NCBI GenBank assembly: GCA_019057375.1
Contig: DXJF01000149.1
Coordinates: 1-57,951, forward strand
DNA: 57,951 bases
Direction: 5' to 3'
DNA from: Candidatus Heimdallarchaeota archaeon
GTDB taxonomy: Archaea > Asgardarchaeota > Heimdallarchaeia > Heimdallarchaeales > Heimdallarchaeaceae
Below are positions 39,629-48,849 of the stretch, in pieces. Every line of letters begins with the position of its first letter. The stretch's first letter is position 1. The translations under genes were made by a program, and so were the position numbers. The notes beneath the pieces are model-generated. The model made no database searches. It was given only the letters and a program-made list of their open reading frames with translations, and was not told where the DNA came from.

Positions 39629-40180
39629 ATGAATTCTAAAGTGGAAGTTAAATTCCGAGATTACGATATATACAAGTTAGCCATATGTGGACCAGGTAGA
39701 TCAGGAAAAACAACAATTTGCAAAAGAATAACAGAAAATATTTTTCTAAAACATTATAAGCCAACTGTAGGAGCTGAATTCCATACTTATTCATTTAAAA
39801 CAGGCAAAGGAAAAGCAGTAGCACTGTTTTACGATATGGCAGGACAACAAAGATTTGGAGTAGTTAGGAATCTTCTTTATTCAGGAACCAATGCTGCAGC
39901 AATTATTTTTGATGTATCTAGGAAAGAATCATTCAAAGAGTGTGCAAACTGGATTAGGGAACTTAGACAACAAAATCTTGATTTAGATATTACAATTGTT
40001 GGTAATAAAACTGATGCAAAACGTGAAGTTTTAAGAGGAGATGCAGAAAGAATATCTAGAAAACTAGGCTGTAAATATCTTGAAACATCAGCATTAACTG
40101 GAGACGGAGTAGGAGAATTAGTTAAAACTCTTCTAGGAAATGCAATAAAAAATGAAACTTTGAAACGAGCAGGAAGATAA
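39629..40180 (+). CDS. Rab/Ras-like small GTPase
   Basis: G1 GPGRSGKT, PTVG, YDMAGQ, GNKTD, ETSAL. Confidence 0.9.
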   Translation: MNSKVEVKFRDYDIYKLAICGPGRSGKTTICKRITENIFLKHYKPTVGAEFHTYSFKTGKGKAVALFYDMAGQQRFGVVRNLLYSGTNAAAIIFDVSRKESFKECANWIRELRQQNLDLDITIVGNKTDAKREVLRGDAERISRKLGCKYLETSALTGDGVGELVKTLLGNAIKNETLKRAGR

Positions 40181-40273
40181 GATAACCGGATAAAGATTCT
40201 GATAATTTCTTCTTTGTTCATTCTCTTCATAAGCACAATATTTTTCAGCGTTTAAACAAATATTCAAACAATA

Positions 40274-40735
40274 ATGAAAGTAAAAAGAAGAGTTTCGAAT
40301 ATAAGAATCTATGCTATACAATATTCTATCTTTCTATTTGGTGGCATTCTGCTCATTGTAGGACTATATATGTATGATAAAGCTGTTGCTGTTTATGAGG
40401 AGAGTGGAATTGATGCAAGAGGACTAGAAATAGCAGGGTTCATTACTGTTGGATTAGGTGTTTTATTTTTACTACTATCATATATTTATGCAAGATCAGG
40501 TGCTAAGGTTATAGGGACAAATTGCCCTTATTGTTATGGAACGGGTTATGTAGATGCCGGACCAAAAAAAGAAGCTAGAAAAGATGTTTGTCCAGTCTGT
40601 AGTGGAACTGGAAAATTGAAAGACAAAGGGTTAAAGCATTTAGAAGAAGAAAAGAATAGACAGATAAGGGAAAAAGAAGAAAAGAAACGTAAAAACAATG
40701 AAACCAATCTTGATCAAGAAGAAATACAAATCTGA
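40274..40735 (+). CDS. Two-TM membrane protein with a DnaJ-type zinc finger and charged tail
   Basis: Two hydrophobic helices, then CPYCYGTG and CPVCSGTG. Confidence 0.7.
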   Translation: MKVKRRVSNIRIYAIQYSIFLFGGILLIVGLYMYDKAVAVYEESGIDARGLEIAGFITVGLGVLFLLLSYIYARSGAKVIGTNCPYCYGTGYVDAGPKKEARKDVCPVCSGTGKLKDKGLKHLEEEKNRQIREKEEKKRKNNETNLDQEEIQI

Positions 40736-40837
40736 ATCTATGAACCTTCCAATCCATTATATCCAAATATGTTTTAATTTAGATTGTAGAGACTCTTTTA
40801 GTCAATGTTTAAAAGAGATAAATCCATTTTTCAAATA

Positions 40838-41347
40838 ATGGTTAAGATTACCTTCATAGTGGGAGAAGGGAAGGGAAAAACAACAACAAGTATGGGTCAT
40901 ATTTTTCAAAAGCAAAGAGAAGGAAAATCTATTTTAGTAGCTCAGTTTCTAAAAACTGGAAAAAACTGTGGAGAATGTAATTTTTTTAAGAATAAGGATA
41001 ATGTAAGGTGGTTTACATTTGGGGAGGATAGATTTTATCAATCGAAGGATCAGAAAGATGAATATATAACTTTGATGAACAATGGTATCAGTGCTCTAAA
41101 AGGAGAACTAAAGAAAGCTCAAGTTGAGATACTTCTTTTGGATGAAGCAGGAATCGCTCTCTCATTTGGATTACTTTCTTGGGATCAATTGAAGGGGATC
41201 TTTTCTTATGTTAGTGATGAGATTATCTTAACTGGAAGAAAATTTCCAGAAGGACTAAAATCAAAAGCTGATACAATCATTAAAGTTAAAGAAATTAAAC
41301 ATCCTTACACCAAGGGTATTGTAGCAAGAAGAGGGATAGATTTCTAG
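40838..41347 (+). CDS. cobO: Cob(I)alamin adenosyltransferase (CobO/BtuR type)
   Basis: GEGKGKTT, QFLKTG, LLLDE, ILTGR, AD......EIKHPY.KG..ARRGIDF. Confidence 0.85.
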   Translation: MVKITFIVGEGKGKTTTSMGHIFQKQREGKSILVAQFLKTGKNCGECNFFKNKDNVRWFTFGEDRFYQSKDQKDEYITLMNNGISALKGELKKAQVEILLLDEAGIALSFGLLSWDQLKGIFSYVSDEIILTGRKFPEGLKSKADTIIKVKEIKHPYTKGIVARRGIDF

Positions 41348-41511
41348 AAATAAGCTTTTTTTTAGATGAAAAACCAGTTCATTTAATCAGTTCATTACTT
41401 TCAAAATACGGTCTCCCTTCAAAGAAGTTAAATTTAAGGAATAATAAGTGTAAAATGAGTATTATCTTTAAATACTCTAACCTCTTCGGAGTAATAGCAG
41501 TGGTGCATAAT

Positions 41512-42822
41512 ATGAGTAAAGAAACACAAGAAGAAACCACTAAGCCTGATTCAAAGGAAATTGGAGAACAATACGAGGAACATTTAATTGAGATAGAAGA
41601 ACAGGAGAATTCCAAGAAGAAAAAAGCAGGTGCTGAACTTAAACTTAAGGATGTTCCAGGTTTAGGAAAAAAAACCCTGGAAATTTTAATAGAGAATGAA
41701 ATCACAACTATTGAGGGATTAATGACAACAAGACTCATTGAATTACAAACAATGGGAATTCAAAGAGCAATTGCGAAGAAAATTAGGGTGGAAATAAGTT
41801 CTACAGTACCAAAGTATAGATTTTTCAAAGAAGAGATCGGTTTAGAAGATTTACCAGGAGTAGGAAAAACTACTGCAGACATGTTAAGAGAGAAGGGATT
41901 AAACGTTTATCTTCTTGAAACAACTCCAATAAGAGAATTAGAAGAAAAGTATGGGATTACAGAAAGCGCTGCAAAAAAATACAAGCAATCTCTTACTGAG
42001 GCACGTGGAGGAATTGAGTTCATTAACGCCTTTGAGATAATGGAAAAACAGAAGGGATCTCCAGCTTTTTCTTATGGGATTAAAGCATTAGACGCGTTAA
42101 CCACTATTGAGGAATTAGATGTTGCTGGAGTAAGGCTTGGAGAGACTATAGAACTTTTTGGACCTTTCCGCTCTGGAAAATCACAATTATGCCACCAGCT
42201 TTGTGTAACTGTTCAACTTCCACCAGAATTAGGAGGAGTTGGAAAGAAAGCCGTGTTTATAGATACTGAGGGAACATTTTCTCCTAGTAGAATTAAAGCA
42301 ATTCATGGTAAATTACAAAATGATTTAGGTTGGGAGAAGAATTTTGAGGATGTTCTTAGAGACATAACTTACGCAAGAGCTTATAACTCAGATCATCAAA
42401 TGACTCTAGCAGAAAGACTACTTGAATTGTTTTATAATCACAAGGATGAATATGGGCTTGTTGCTCTTGATTCTGCTACAGCTCATTTTAGAGCAGAATA
42501 TGCAGGAAGAGGAACTCTTGCTGAGAGACAACAAACAATCAACCATCATTTAGGGATTCTTGGAAGATTAGCAGACACCTATAATGTAGCTGTTGCAATC
42601 ACAAACCAGGTTCAGTCAAATCCTGCAGCCTTTTTTGGTGATCCAACTCAAGCGATTGGTGGAAATATCCTTGGGCACTGGGCTATAACTAGATTCTACT
42701 TAAGAAAATCCAAAGGCGAGAAGAGAATTATCAGAATTTATGACTCACCATATTTACCAGAATCAGAAGCTGTATTTGCAATAACACCGGAAGGTTGTGT
42801 TGACGTAGAGGGTTCAGACTAA
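41512..42822 (+). CDS. radA: RadA/Rad51-family recombinase with a duplicated N-terminal HhH domain
   Basis: Walker A GPFRSGKSQ, FIDTEGTF, RAYNSDHQ, DSATAHFRAEY.GRG.LAERQQ, TNQV, GGNILGH. ATG 41512 preferred. Confidence 0.88.
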   Translation: MSKETQEETTKPDSKEIGEQYEEHLIEIEEQENSKKKKAGAELKLKDVPGLGKKTLEILIENEITTIEGLMTTRLIELQTMGIQRAIAKKIRVEISSTVPKYRFFKEEIGLEDLPGVGKTTADMLREKGLNVYLLETTPIRELEEKYGITESAAKKYKQSLTEARGGIEFINAFEIMEKQKGSPAFSYGIKALDALTTIEELDVAGVRLGETIELFGPFRSGKSQLCHQLCVTVQLPPELGGVGKKAVFIDTEGTFSPSRIKAIHGKLQNDLGWEKNFEDVLRDITYARAYNSDHQMTLAERLLELFYNHKDEYGLVALDSATAHFRAEYAGRGTLAERQQTINHHLGILGRLADTYNVAVAITNQVQSNPAAFFGDPTQAIGGNILGHWAITRFYLRKSKGEKRIIRIYDSPYLPESEAVFAITPEGCVDVEGSD

Positions 42823-42830
42823 CCTTTAAT

Positions 42831-43478
42831 CTACTGCATATGAGTGCCACAAGTTCCACAAAACTTCCATTTCATATTAACAACAGATTTGCAATAGGGA
42901 CATCTTCCCTTGTATTCTAAAGGGATGTGAGAAACATCTATATTCATCGATTCGCCATATTTAGTTACAGGGGACACACCCATCATTTCAGCAGGTTCAT
43001 GTTCTAAATCATCGATTAAGCTGGTTCTTAGAACAGAACTATTCTGATGCTCATCATATGGTAAAACTGTCTCTCCGATGGATGAATCTGAAAGAAGACT
43101 TTGAATATCCATATTGTTAATATCCATTTGAACGGGATCAGTATAAAATCTGTTGGGGGGAGATTGAGATAGACTAGAATTTAGATTAGGTGATTGTGAA
43201 TCTAAGTCAATGTCATATGATGTTAATGAAGAATCCGTTAATTCTCTTTTTGATAGGTTTAGTTTTTCGAAAATCTTACAGTGGGTAGATATTGGACAGG
43301 ATTTGCTCCTAAATTCAAGGTTTGGTGCAGGATCAATAAAAGTTCTCCCAATTAGTAAGGAACCATTTAAAGGATGGATTTTCAAACCTTGTTCAAGAAG
43401 AGCCCTAAGAACCTCTTTTGGATCATAAGACTCACCATTTATCTCTATGATGCCCTTAATATCACTTAGATTCATCAT
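42831..43478 (-). CDS. Hypothetical protein with C-terminal zinc ribbon
   Basis: Ends CPYCKSVVNMKWKFCGTCG; S/D-rich linker. Confidence 0.65.
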   Translation of the reverse strand: MMNLSDIKGIIEINGESYDPKEVLRALLEQGLKIHPLNGSLLIGRTFIDPAPNLEFRSKSCPISTHCKIFEKLNLSKRELTDSSLTSYDIDLDSQSPNLNSSLSQSPPNRFYTDPVQMDINNMDIQSLLSDSSIGETVLPYDEHQNSSVLRTSLIDDLEHEPAEMMGVSPVTKYGESMNIDVSHIPLEYKGRCPYCKSVVNMKWKFCGTCGTHMQ

Positions 43479-43562
43479 AACATGTACATATTTAGATTTA
43501 GTAAGTTAAAAAATAAGTATTATATCAATATGGACGGGGGTATTACTATTCAAAAAGAAAGC

Positions 43563-44252
43563 CTATCCATCTTGATATTTTAAGTGAATTGCTTTAGTTA
43601 CTCTTGTTAACCAATCATCTAGTTTACCAATTAACTCAGAATGAACTTCAGGAAGAAGTACATCTGCTTGAGGCATTTTTGAAACTCTTTGAACCCAAGA
43701 GTTTAGCTCATATAACATTGGTGACATTCCGACATGAGTTTCGACCTCATCCCTTAAATCCTCTATCATCTTTGATATGTTCCCACAACTACTAGTGGGG
43801 CTAACCATTTGTGTTATATGTTTAAATTTCTTGGAAACAGCATTAAAAGCTGCATCAGCTTCAGCTGATACTCCTTCTCCGGCATCTTCTTCAGCTATAC
43901 CTGGAGAAGTATATTCTTCAGGAGCTGGTTCAGCTGGTACTGCAACTGAAGGAGTAGATTGTTTTTTGGCTTTGGCTTTGGATTTTGCAGGAGATGCAAC
44001 CGCAACTGACCCCAACAAATCAATCTTAGAGTTTAAGTTTGTGATCATTTCCTTAATTCCAGGGATTTCACCAAGTTTAAGACCTACCTCAGAAACCTGA
44101 TTTTCAACATTAGAAAAACCTGTCATCTTTGTTTCTAATTGTGTAATTTGGGTAGATAGTTTAGAAATCGCATCATTTACATTTTGAACAAGAGTTGAAA
44201 GCTTATTGATTGAGTTAATTAGTTGAACTAACATTTCCTCTGGGTTACTCAT
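43563..44252 (-). CDS. Hypothetical protein: N-terminal coiled coil, Ala/Pro/Glu linker, helical C-terminal domain
   Basis: 229-aa ORF with heptad pattern; ATG preceded by a promoter-like AT tract. Confidence 0.65.
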   Translation of the reverse strand: MSNPEEMLVQLINSINKLSTLVQNVNDAISKLSTQITQLETKMTGFSNVENQVSEVGLKLGEIPGIKEMITNLNSKIDLLGSVAVASPAKSKAKAKKQSTPSVAVPAEPAPEEYTSPGIAEEDAGEGVSAEADAAFNAVSKKFKHITQMVSPTSSCGNISKMIEDLRDEVETHVGMSPMLYELNSWVQRVSKMPQADVLLPEVHSELIGKLDDWLTRVTKAIHLKYQDG

Positions 44253-44404
44253 ACATATTCACATATAGTAATCGGTATCAAATTAAAAAAATTTTTGGAT
44301 TAGGCGTAATCAAAAACTAGCTTCCGTTTATCAGCTGAATCAAATTTCGTTTAGGAGAGACATAATCTTAATATATCTAGCAAACTTTTCATAGATGAAG
44401 GCTA

Positions 44405-44569
44405 ATGAGCGAAAGAGACATCGTGGAATTACTAGTTAGATGGCGTTCTGTGGCAATGATGTTAGAAAGAAAAGAATTTGAGAAAATTGCAGGAGATCAA
44501 AAAGGATTAATTGCAGCCATACTCATGATACTTCTAGAGATGCAGAACAAGGGTTCAGGAGGATACTAG
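44405..44569 (+). CDS. Small 54-aa helical ORF upstream of the E2 gene
   Basis: Manual translation MSERDIVELLVRWRSVAMMLERKEFEKIAGDQKGLIAAILMILLEMQNKGSGGY; purine-rich (gaagg) motif before the ATG; fills an otherwise empty gap. Confidence 0.5.
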   Translation: MSERDIVELLVRWRSVAMMLERKEFEKIAGDQKGLIAAILMILLEMQNKGSGGY

Positions 44570-44610
44570 TTACAACCGTCCTTTTAAAAAAACATACCGG
44601 ATATGAATTA

Positions 44611-45078
44611 ATGTTAGCAGAAGAAGAATTTTGGCCTAGAATAGCAATCGAAGCCAACGAATTGAAAAAGGAATTGCCAACATTTAAACCAATAGACGGA
44701 AATACACTTCAATGGAGGGGTTTTATTTTTGGAGCAGGCTTATATGAAAATGGTGTTTTTGTACTTGATATTGAAATTCCGAGAGAATATCCATTCAAAC
44801 CTCCAAAGGTAAAAATGCTAACAAAGGTTTTTCATGCTAATGTATTTGATACAAGAATATGTGTAGGGGTTTTAGGGGTAGATTGGACTCCAGCAAACAA
44901 TCTAGTTGATGTTATAGAGTCAATTCGTTTCATTTTAAGTAATCCAAATCCTGATGATCCTTTAAATTCAACAGCTGCCAATCTGATGAAAAGAGACCCT
45001 AAGGAATATGCTAGAAAGGTTCGAGAATATGTAGAAAAATATGCTACATTTGATCAGATAGGTAAGTACAGTTTATAG
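44611..45078 (+). CDS. Ubiquitin-conjugating enzyme E2 (UBC fold)
   Basis: W.G.I.G...YENGVF.L.I.IP.EYPFKPPKV, FHANV...ICV (catalytic Cys), W.P, PNPDDPLN..AA. Confidence 0.93.
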   Translation: MLAEEEFWPRIAIEANELKKELPTFKPIDGNTLQWRGFIFGAGLYENGVFVLDIEIPREYPFKPPKVKMLTKVFHANVFDTRICVGVLGVDWTPANNLVDVIESIRFILSNPNPDDPLNSTAANLMKRDPKEYARKVREYVEKYATFDQIGKYSL

Positions 45079-45157
45079 CAAATCATCTTTTATTTCAGCA
45101 TAACTGAATCTATCATCATAAGGAATTTTTATTTAGAGTTAAGAAAATAATATTTCA

Positions 45158-45967
45158 ATGTCACAAGGTTATATACAGGAAATATTCTCTAGTTTCCAAG
45201 GTGAAGGAGCAGCAGTTGAGGGGAGTTGTTATGGATTAAGGCAGATTTTCATCAGATTCTCAGGATGTCCTCTTGCTTTAGGTGTTCATGGAACAAAGGG
45301 TTGTATCTGGTGTGATTCTCCTAAGTCTTGGAGTGCAACTCCATCAAAATGTTTTGTGGAAACACAAGCTGGAACTCAATCCTTTGAAGAAATGGCTAAC
45401 CCTTTGACGCCAGAAGATATTTTAGATTTTGTGAAGAATCTTTCTACTAAAGATTTACATTCTGTAAGTTTGACAGGAGGAGAGCCCTTGTATCAGGAAT
45501 CATTTGTTGAAGATATCGTTAGCCTACTCAAAGAAGCAGGATATAAAACATATTTAGAAACTGCATATACAGATAATTTTGTTTTTCTAGAGAAATTATC
45601 AGAAAGAATTGATTTTGCAAGTGTAGATATAAAAGACAAAACAGCGAATGCTGCTTTAGAATGGGAGAATCTTGTAAATCAGGAAGTAGAAATGAGTAGG
45701 ATACTAAAAAACTCAGGAACTAAAGTATTTGCAAAAACTGTAATAACCAAAGCCTCAAAAAAAGAAGATTTTGAGATTATAGCAAAGAAGTGTGGAACCA
45801 TAGATCTTCCCATTGTTATCCAATTTGTTACACCAACAGTTAATTCTAAGGTTAAACAACCAACATGGAATCAAGTGAATGATTTCTCTCAAATTGCTGG
45901 GAAATTTCTTTCACCTGAAAAAATAGGGATTTCAATACAAATGCACAAAGCCATAGAAATCTTGTAG
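45158..45967 (+). CDS. queE: 7-carboxy-7-deazaguanine synthase (radical SAM)
   Basis: EIFSSFQGEG, QIFIRFSGC, CIWCDS, SLTGGEPL, QMHK. Confidence 0.9.
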   Translation: MSQGYIQEIFSSFQGEGAAVEGSCYGLRQIFIRFSGCPLALGVHGTKGCIWCDSPKSWSATPSKCFVETQAGTQSFEEMANPLTPEDILDFVKNLSTKDLHSVSLTGGEPLYQESFVEDIVSLLKEAGYKTYLETAYTDNFVFLEKLSERIDFASVDIKDKTANAALEWENLVNQEVEMSRILKNSGTKVFAKTVITKASKKEDFEIIAKKCGTIDLPIVIQFVTPTVNSKVKQPTWNQVNDFSQIAGKFLSPEKIGISIQMHKAIEIL

Positions 45968-45976
45968 GGAATAAAG

Positions 45977-46945
45977 ATGAATCTAAATAGCAAAAAATTA
46001 TCAGATGTTCAAGCGGATGAGTCAAAGATTCAGATAGGTATTAGGAGAGTAGGAGTAAGTGATATTCCAAAAATTATTCGTAGGAAACGTTTTGGTGAAT
46101 ATAATGAATTATCAGCAAAAATAGATGTTTATGTCGATTTATTACCTTCAAAAAGAGGAATTCACATGTCCCGAAATCTAGATGCAATTAATGAAGTTAT
46201 ATCAACACTTACAGGGGAAGTTATTTCTGATTGTGAAGAATTATGTTCTCAGATTGCAGAAAAAGTTCTTTCTATTCAACCAGGAGCAACTAATGCTGAA
46301 GTAATATTAATTGCAGATTATGAAATGGAAACTTATTCAGAAGCTATCGGAAGGAAGAAATCCAGTGTTCACAAATTAAGAGCTGGAGCTCTTGCGAATA
46401 AAAATGGAGAAAATATTACGATTACTAAAATAATTGGTGCAGAAGTTGAAGGAACAACAGTCTGCCCCTGTTCTCAAGAACTATCTAGGGATTTTACTAA
46501 GGAAAAACTCACAGAAAAGGGGTTCACAGAGGAACAAGTAAATTACGTACTTGAAACTATTCCTTTAGCTTCGCACAATCAGAGATCAAAATCAATTTTA
46601 GTACTTGAGCAACCAAGAGATGCAGAAAGAATAGAACTTGAGGATATAATTGGAATACTTGAAACATCGATGAGTTCTCCTACTCATGAAGTACTAAAAC
46701 GGAAAGATGAACAAGTTGTTGTTCTCTATGCACATCAACATCCAGCCTTTGTAGAGGATGTTGTAAGATCGATTTTACAAAAAGTTTCTAAAAAATACTC
46801 TAATCAGCCTCCAGAAACAGTAATTTGTGTCAAGCAAATCAATTATGAGAGCATTCATCAACATAATGCAGTTGCAGAAGTTAAAATTTCTTTAAAGAAA
46901 CTAATGGAACAACTTAATGGGTTGGAAGGAAATGAAAACAATTAA
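45977..46945 (+). CDS. mptA: GTP cyclohydrolase MptA/FolE2 family
   Basis: RGIHMSR, TVCPCS, SHNQRS, FVEDVVR, ESIHQHNA. Confidence 0.9.
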   Translation: MNLNSKKLSDVQADESKIQIGIRRVGVSDIPKIIRRKRFGEYNELSAKIDVYVDLLPSKRGIHMSRNLDAINEVISTLTGEVISDCEELCSQIAEKVLSIQPGATNAEVILIADYEMETYSEAIGRKKSSVHKLRAGALANKNGENITITKIIGAEVEGTTVCPCSQELSRDFTKEKLTEKGFTEEQVNYVLETIPLASHNQRSKSILVLEQPRDAERIELEDIIGILETSMSSPTHEVLKRKDEQVVVLYAHQHPAFVEDVVRSILQKVSKKYSNQPPETVICVKQINYESIHQHNAVAEVKISLKKLMEQLNGLEGNENN

Positions 46946-47549
46946 CAAACCGCCATATCATATCGTTGTAGAAGATTTTGCTAATCAAATGATTTACGAT
47001 GGATCTCAACTTTCCAGTCATTTCACTGCAGAAAAATATGGTATAATAGGTGATAGTATTCTTGTTTTCAGAGGGGGAATGAAGCTTTCTCCAAAGGAAA
47101 TGGTTGATATTAAAGATATTCTCAGAGAATCACACTTGAGTAATATCTTAATAAGCTCTGATGATTCCCTACACTTCATAATTGAGGAATTTGATATACA
47201 ACCACCAAATATGGAACTAGAATATTACAGACTCCGAATATTAGCTCAAACAGTCATCGATATTCTGAAGGAAAAAGATATAGAAATTGAAAGAAAAGGA
47301 ACAGATATTTTCGTTAATGGAAAAAAACTAAATGTGGGAATCGCTACAGTAGGAGTATCAAGCAGTAAAATCCACTTTGGAATAAATATCCTTAGCACAG
47401 GAGTTCCTGAACATGTTCAAGCTATTGGTTTAGCTGATCTTGGAGTAAAAACAGAAGAAATACAAGACTTTGCAATTCAAATAGCTGAGAAATATGTAAG
47501 TGAAATATCCAGAATTAAAGAGGATATTGCAAAAACTAGAACAATATAG
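46932..47549 (+). CDS. DUF366 family protein
   Basis: YDGSQL, GDSI.VFRG.M...EMVD..D, I.S.D.LHFIIE.FD, R.G.DIFV..KKL.V.IA. Confidence 0.8.
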   Translation: MKTINKPPYHIVVEDFANQMIYDGSQLSSHFTAEKYGIIGDSILVFRGGMKLSPKEMVDIKDILRESHLSNILISSDDSLHFIIEEFDIQPPNMELEYYRLRILAQTVIDILKEKDIEIERKGTDIFVNGKKLNVGIATVGVSSSKIHFGINILSTGVPEHVQAIGLADLGVKTEEIQDFAIQIAEKYVSEISRIKEDIAKTRTI

Positions 47550-47557
47550 GTGATAAA

Positions 47558-48010
47558 TTGAAATTAAAAATTTCTGGTGACAAATTGACTTTCGCTTCAG
47601 CACATATGTTAACAAGACATGATAAATGTGCACGCCTTCATGGTCATAATTATGTGGTTGAAGTTGAAATTGAAGGAAAAATAGATGAAAATAATATGTT
47701 AATTGATTTTGGGATCTTCAAAACAGCTGTTGGGAAGATAGTAAAAAAATATGATCACAGAATTCTTATTCCTGAATTTAACGAGGACCTAAACATAACA
47801 ACAACAGATAAACAAGTCACAGTCGATTCATGTGAAGGAAGATATTATCGTTTTCCAAGAGAGGATGTAATCCTACTTCCTTTAAAAGCAACTACTGTAG
47901 AGCTATTGGCCAAATATTTTCACAGCCTAATAAAAAAACAATATCCTCAATTCAAAATAACTATTACAATGGCAGAGACACCTACAAGTGTTGTAACATA
48001 TACAGAATGA
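47558..48010 (+). CDS. queD: 6-carboxy-5,6,7,8-tetrahydropterin synthase
   Basis: FASAH, KCARLHGHNY, DH, TTVE.LA, ET. Confidence 0.92.
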   Translation: MKLKISGDKLTFASAHMLTRHDKCARLHGHNYVVEVEIEGKIDENNMLIDFGIFKTAVGKIVKKYDHRILIPEFNEDLNITTTDKQVTVDSCEGRYYRFPREDVILLPLKATTVELLAKYFHSLIKKQYPQFKITITMAETPTSVVTYTE

Positions 48011-48065
48011 GATGTTTAAGGAGAAAATAATACGTGAATAATACGAAAATATCAGTAAATAACAG

Positions 48066-48791
48066 GTGAAAAATATGCGAAAAGCAATTGTCTTGTTTTC
48101 GGGGGGAATGGATTCCACCGCATGTTTATATTGGACAATACAGAAATATGATGAAATAATTCTGCTAAGTTTTCTTTATGGTAGTAAGGAAGATCAAACT
48201 ATTATCAAGGTCAACAAAAAGTTTTCCTCCCTGCTTTCTGTTGAAACTAAGATTATCAATTTGCCTTTTCTAGAAGAATTTTCCCAAGAAGCTGGTTCTA
48301 GTCTTACAAAATCTGAAAAGAAACCTCCGGAAATTAGCTCATTTGAACAATTAGATAGGGGGGATTTAACCTTACAGACTGCTAAAGAAGTCTGGATCCC
48401 AGGAAGAAATATTCTCTTTCTTTCAATAGCAGCTTCTTTAGCAGATAGCTCAAAAGTACCAACAGATATAATCTTTGGAGCTAATAAGGAAGAAGGAACC
48501 ACATTTCCAGATAATACTTTGGATTTTGTTAACAGGATGAATAAATCAGTTGAATTAGGGTGTTTAAATCAAGTTACAATTCAAGCTCCATTTCATGATT
48601 CAGACAAGAAGGACATAGTTGTATTTCTTACTGAAAACAATGCCAAAATGGCTTTTTCATCATCTTGCTACCAAATAGAGGAATGGACAAATGAAGGAAA
48701 ACCAATTCATTGTGGTACCTGTGAATCGTGCCAAAGGAGAAAGAGAGCTTTTCTTCAAGCAAGTATAGACGATCCCACAGAATACAAATAA
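48066..48791 (+). CDS. queC: 7-cyano-7-deazaguanine synthase
   Basis: LFSGGMDST, WIPGRN, FPDN, SCY, HCGTCESC..R. Confidence 0.93.
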   Translation: MKNMRKAIVLFSGGMDSTACLYWTIQKYDEIILLSFLYGSKEDQTIIKVNKKFSSLLSVETKIINLPFLEEFSQEAGSSLTKSEKKPPEISSFEQLDRGDLTLQTAKEVWIPGRNILFLSIAASLADSSKVPTDIIFGANKEEGTTFPDNTLDFVNRMNKSVELGCLNQVTIQAPFHDSDKKDIVVFLTENNAKMAFSSSCYQIEEWTNEGKPIHCGTCESCQRRKRAFLQASIDDPTEYK

Positions 48792-48849
48792 CTTTAGAAA
48801 AAATGTTTTTATGTGTGAACATACATAGTGTTGACACTGGGGTATTATC

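Noticed and set aside
44611-48791. E2 next to QueC/QueE as a CBASS- or Qat-like defence system
   Set aside because: No cyclase, E1, JAB, TGT/Dpd or effector genes are present; the que genes form an ordinary full preQ0 operon.
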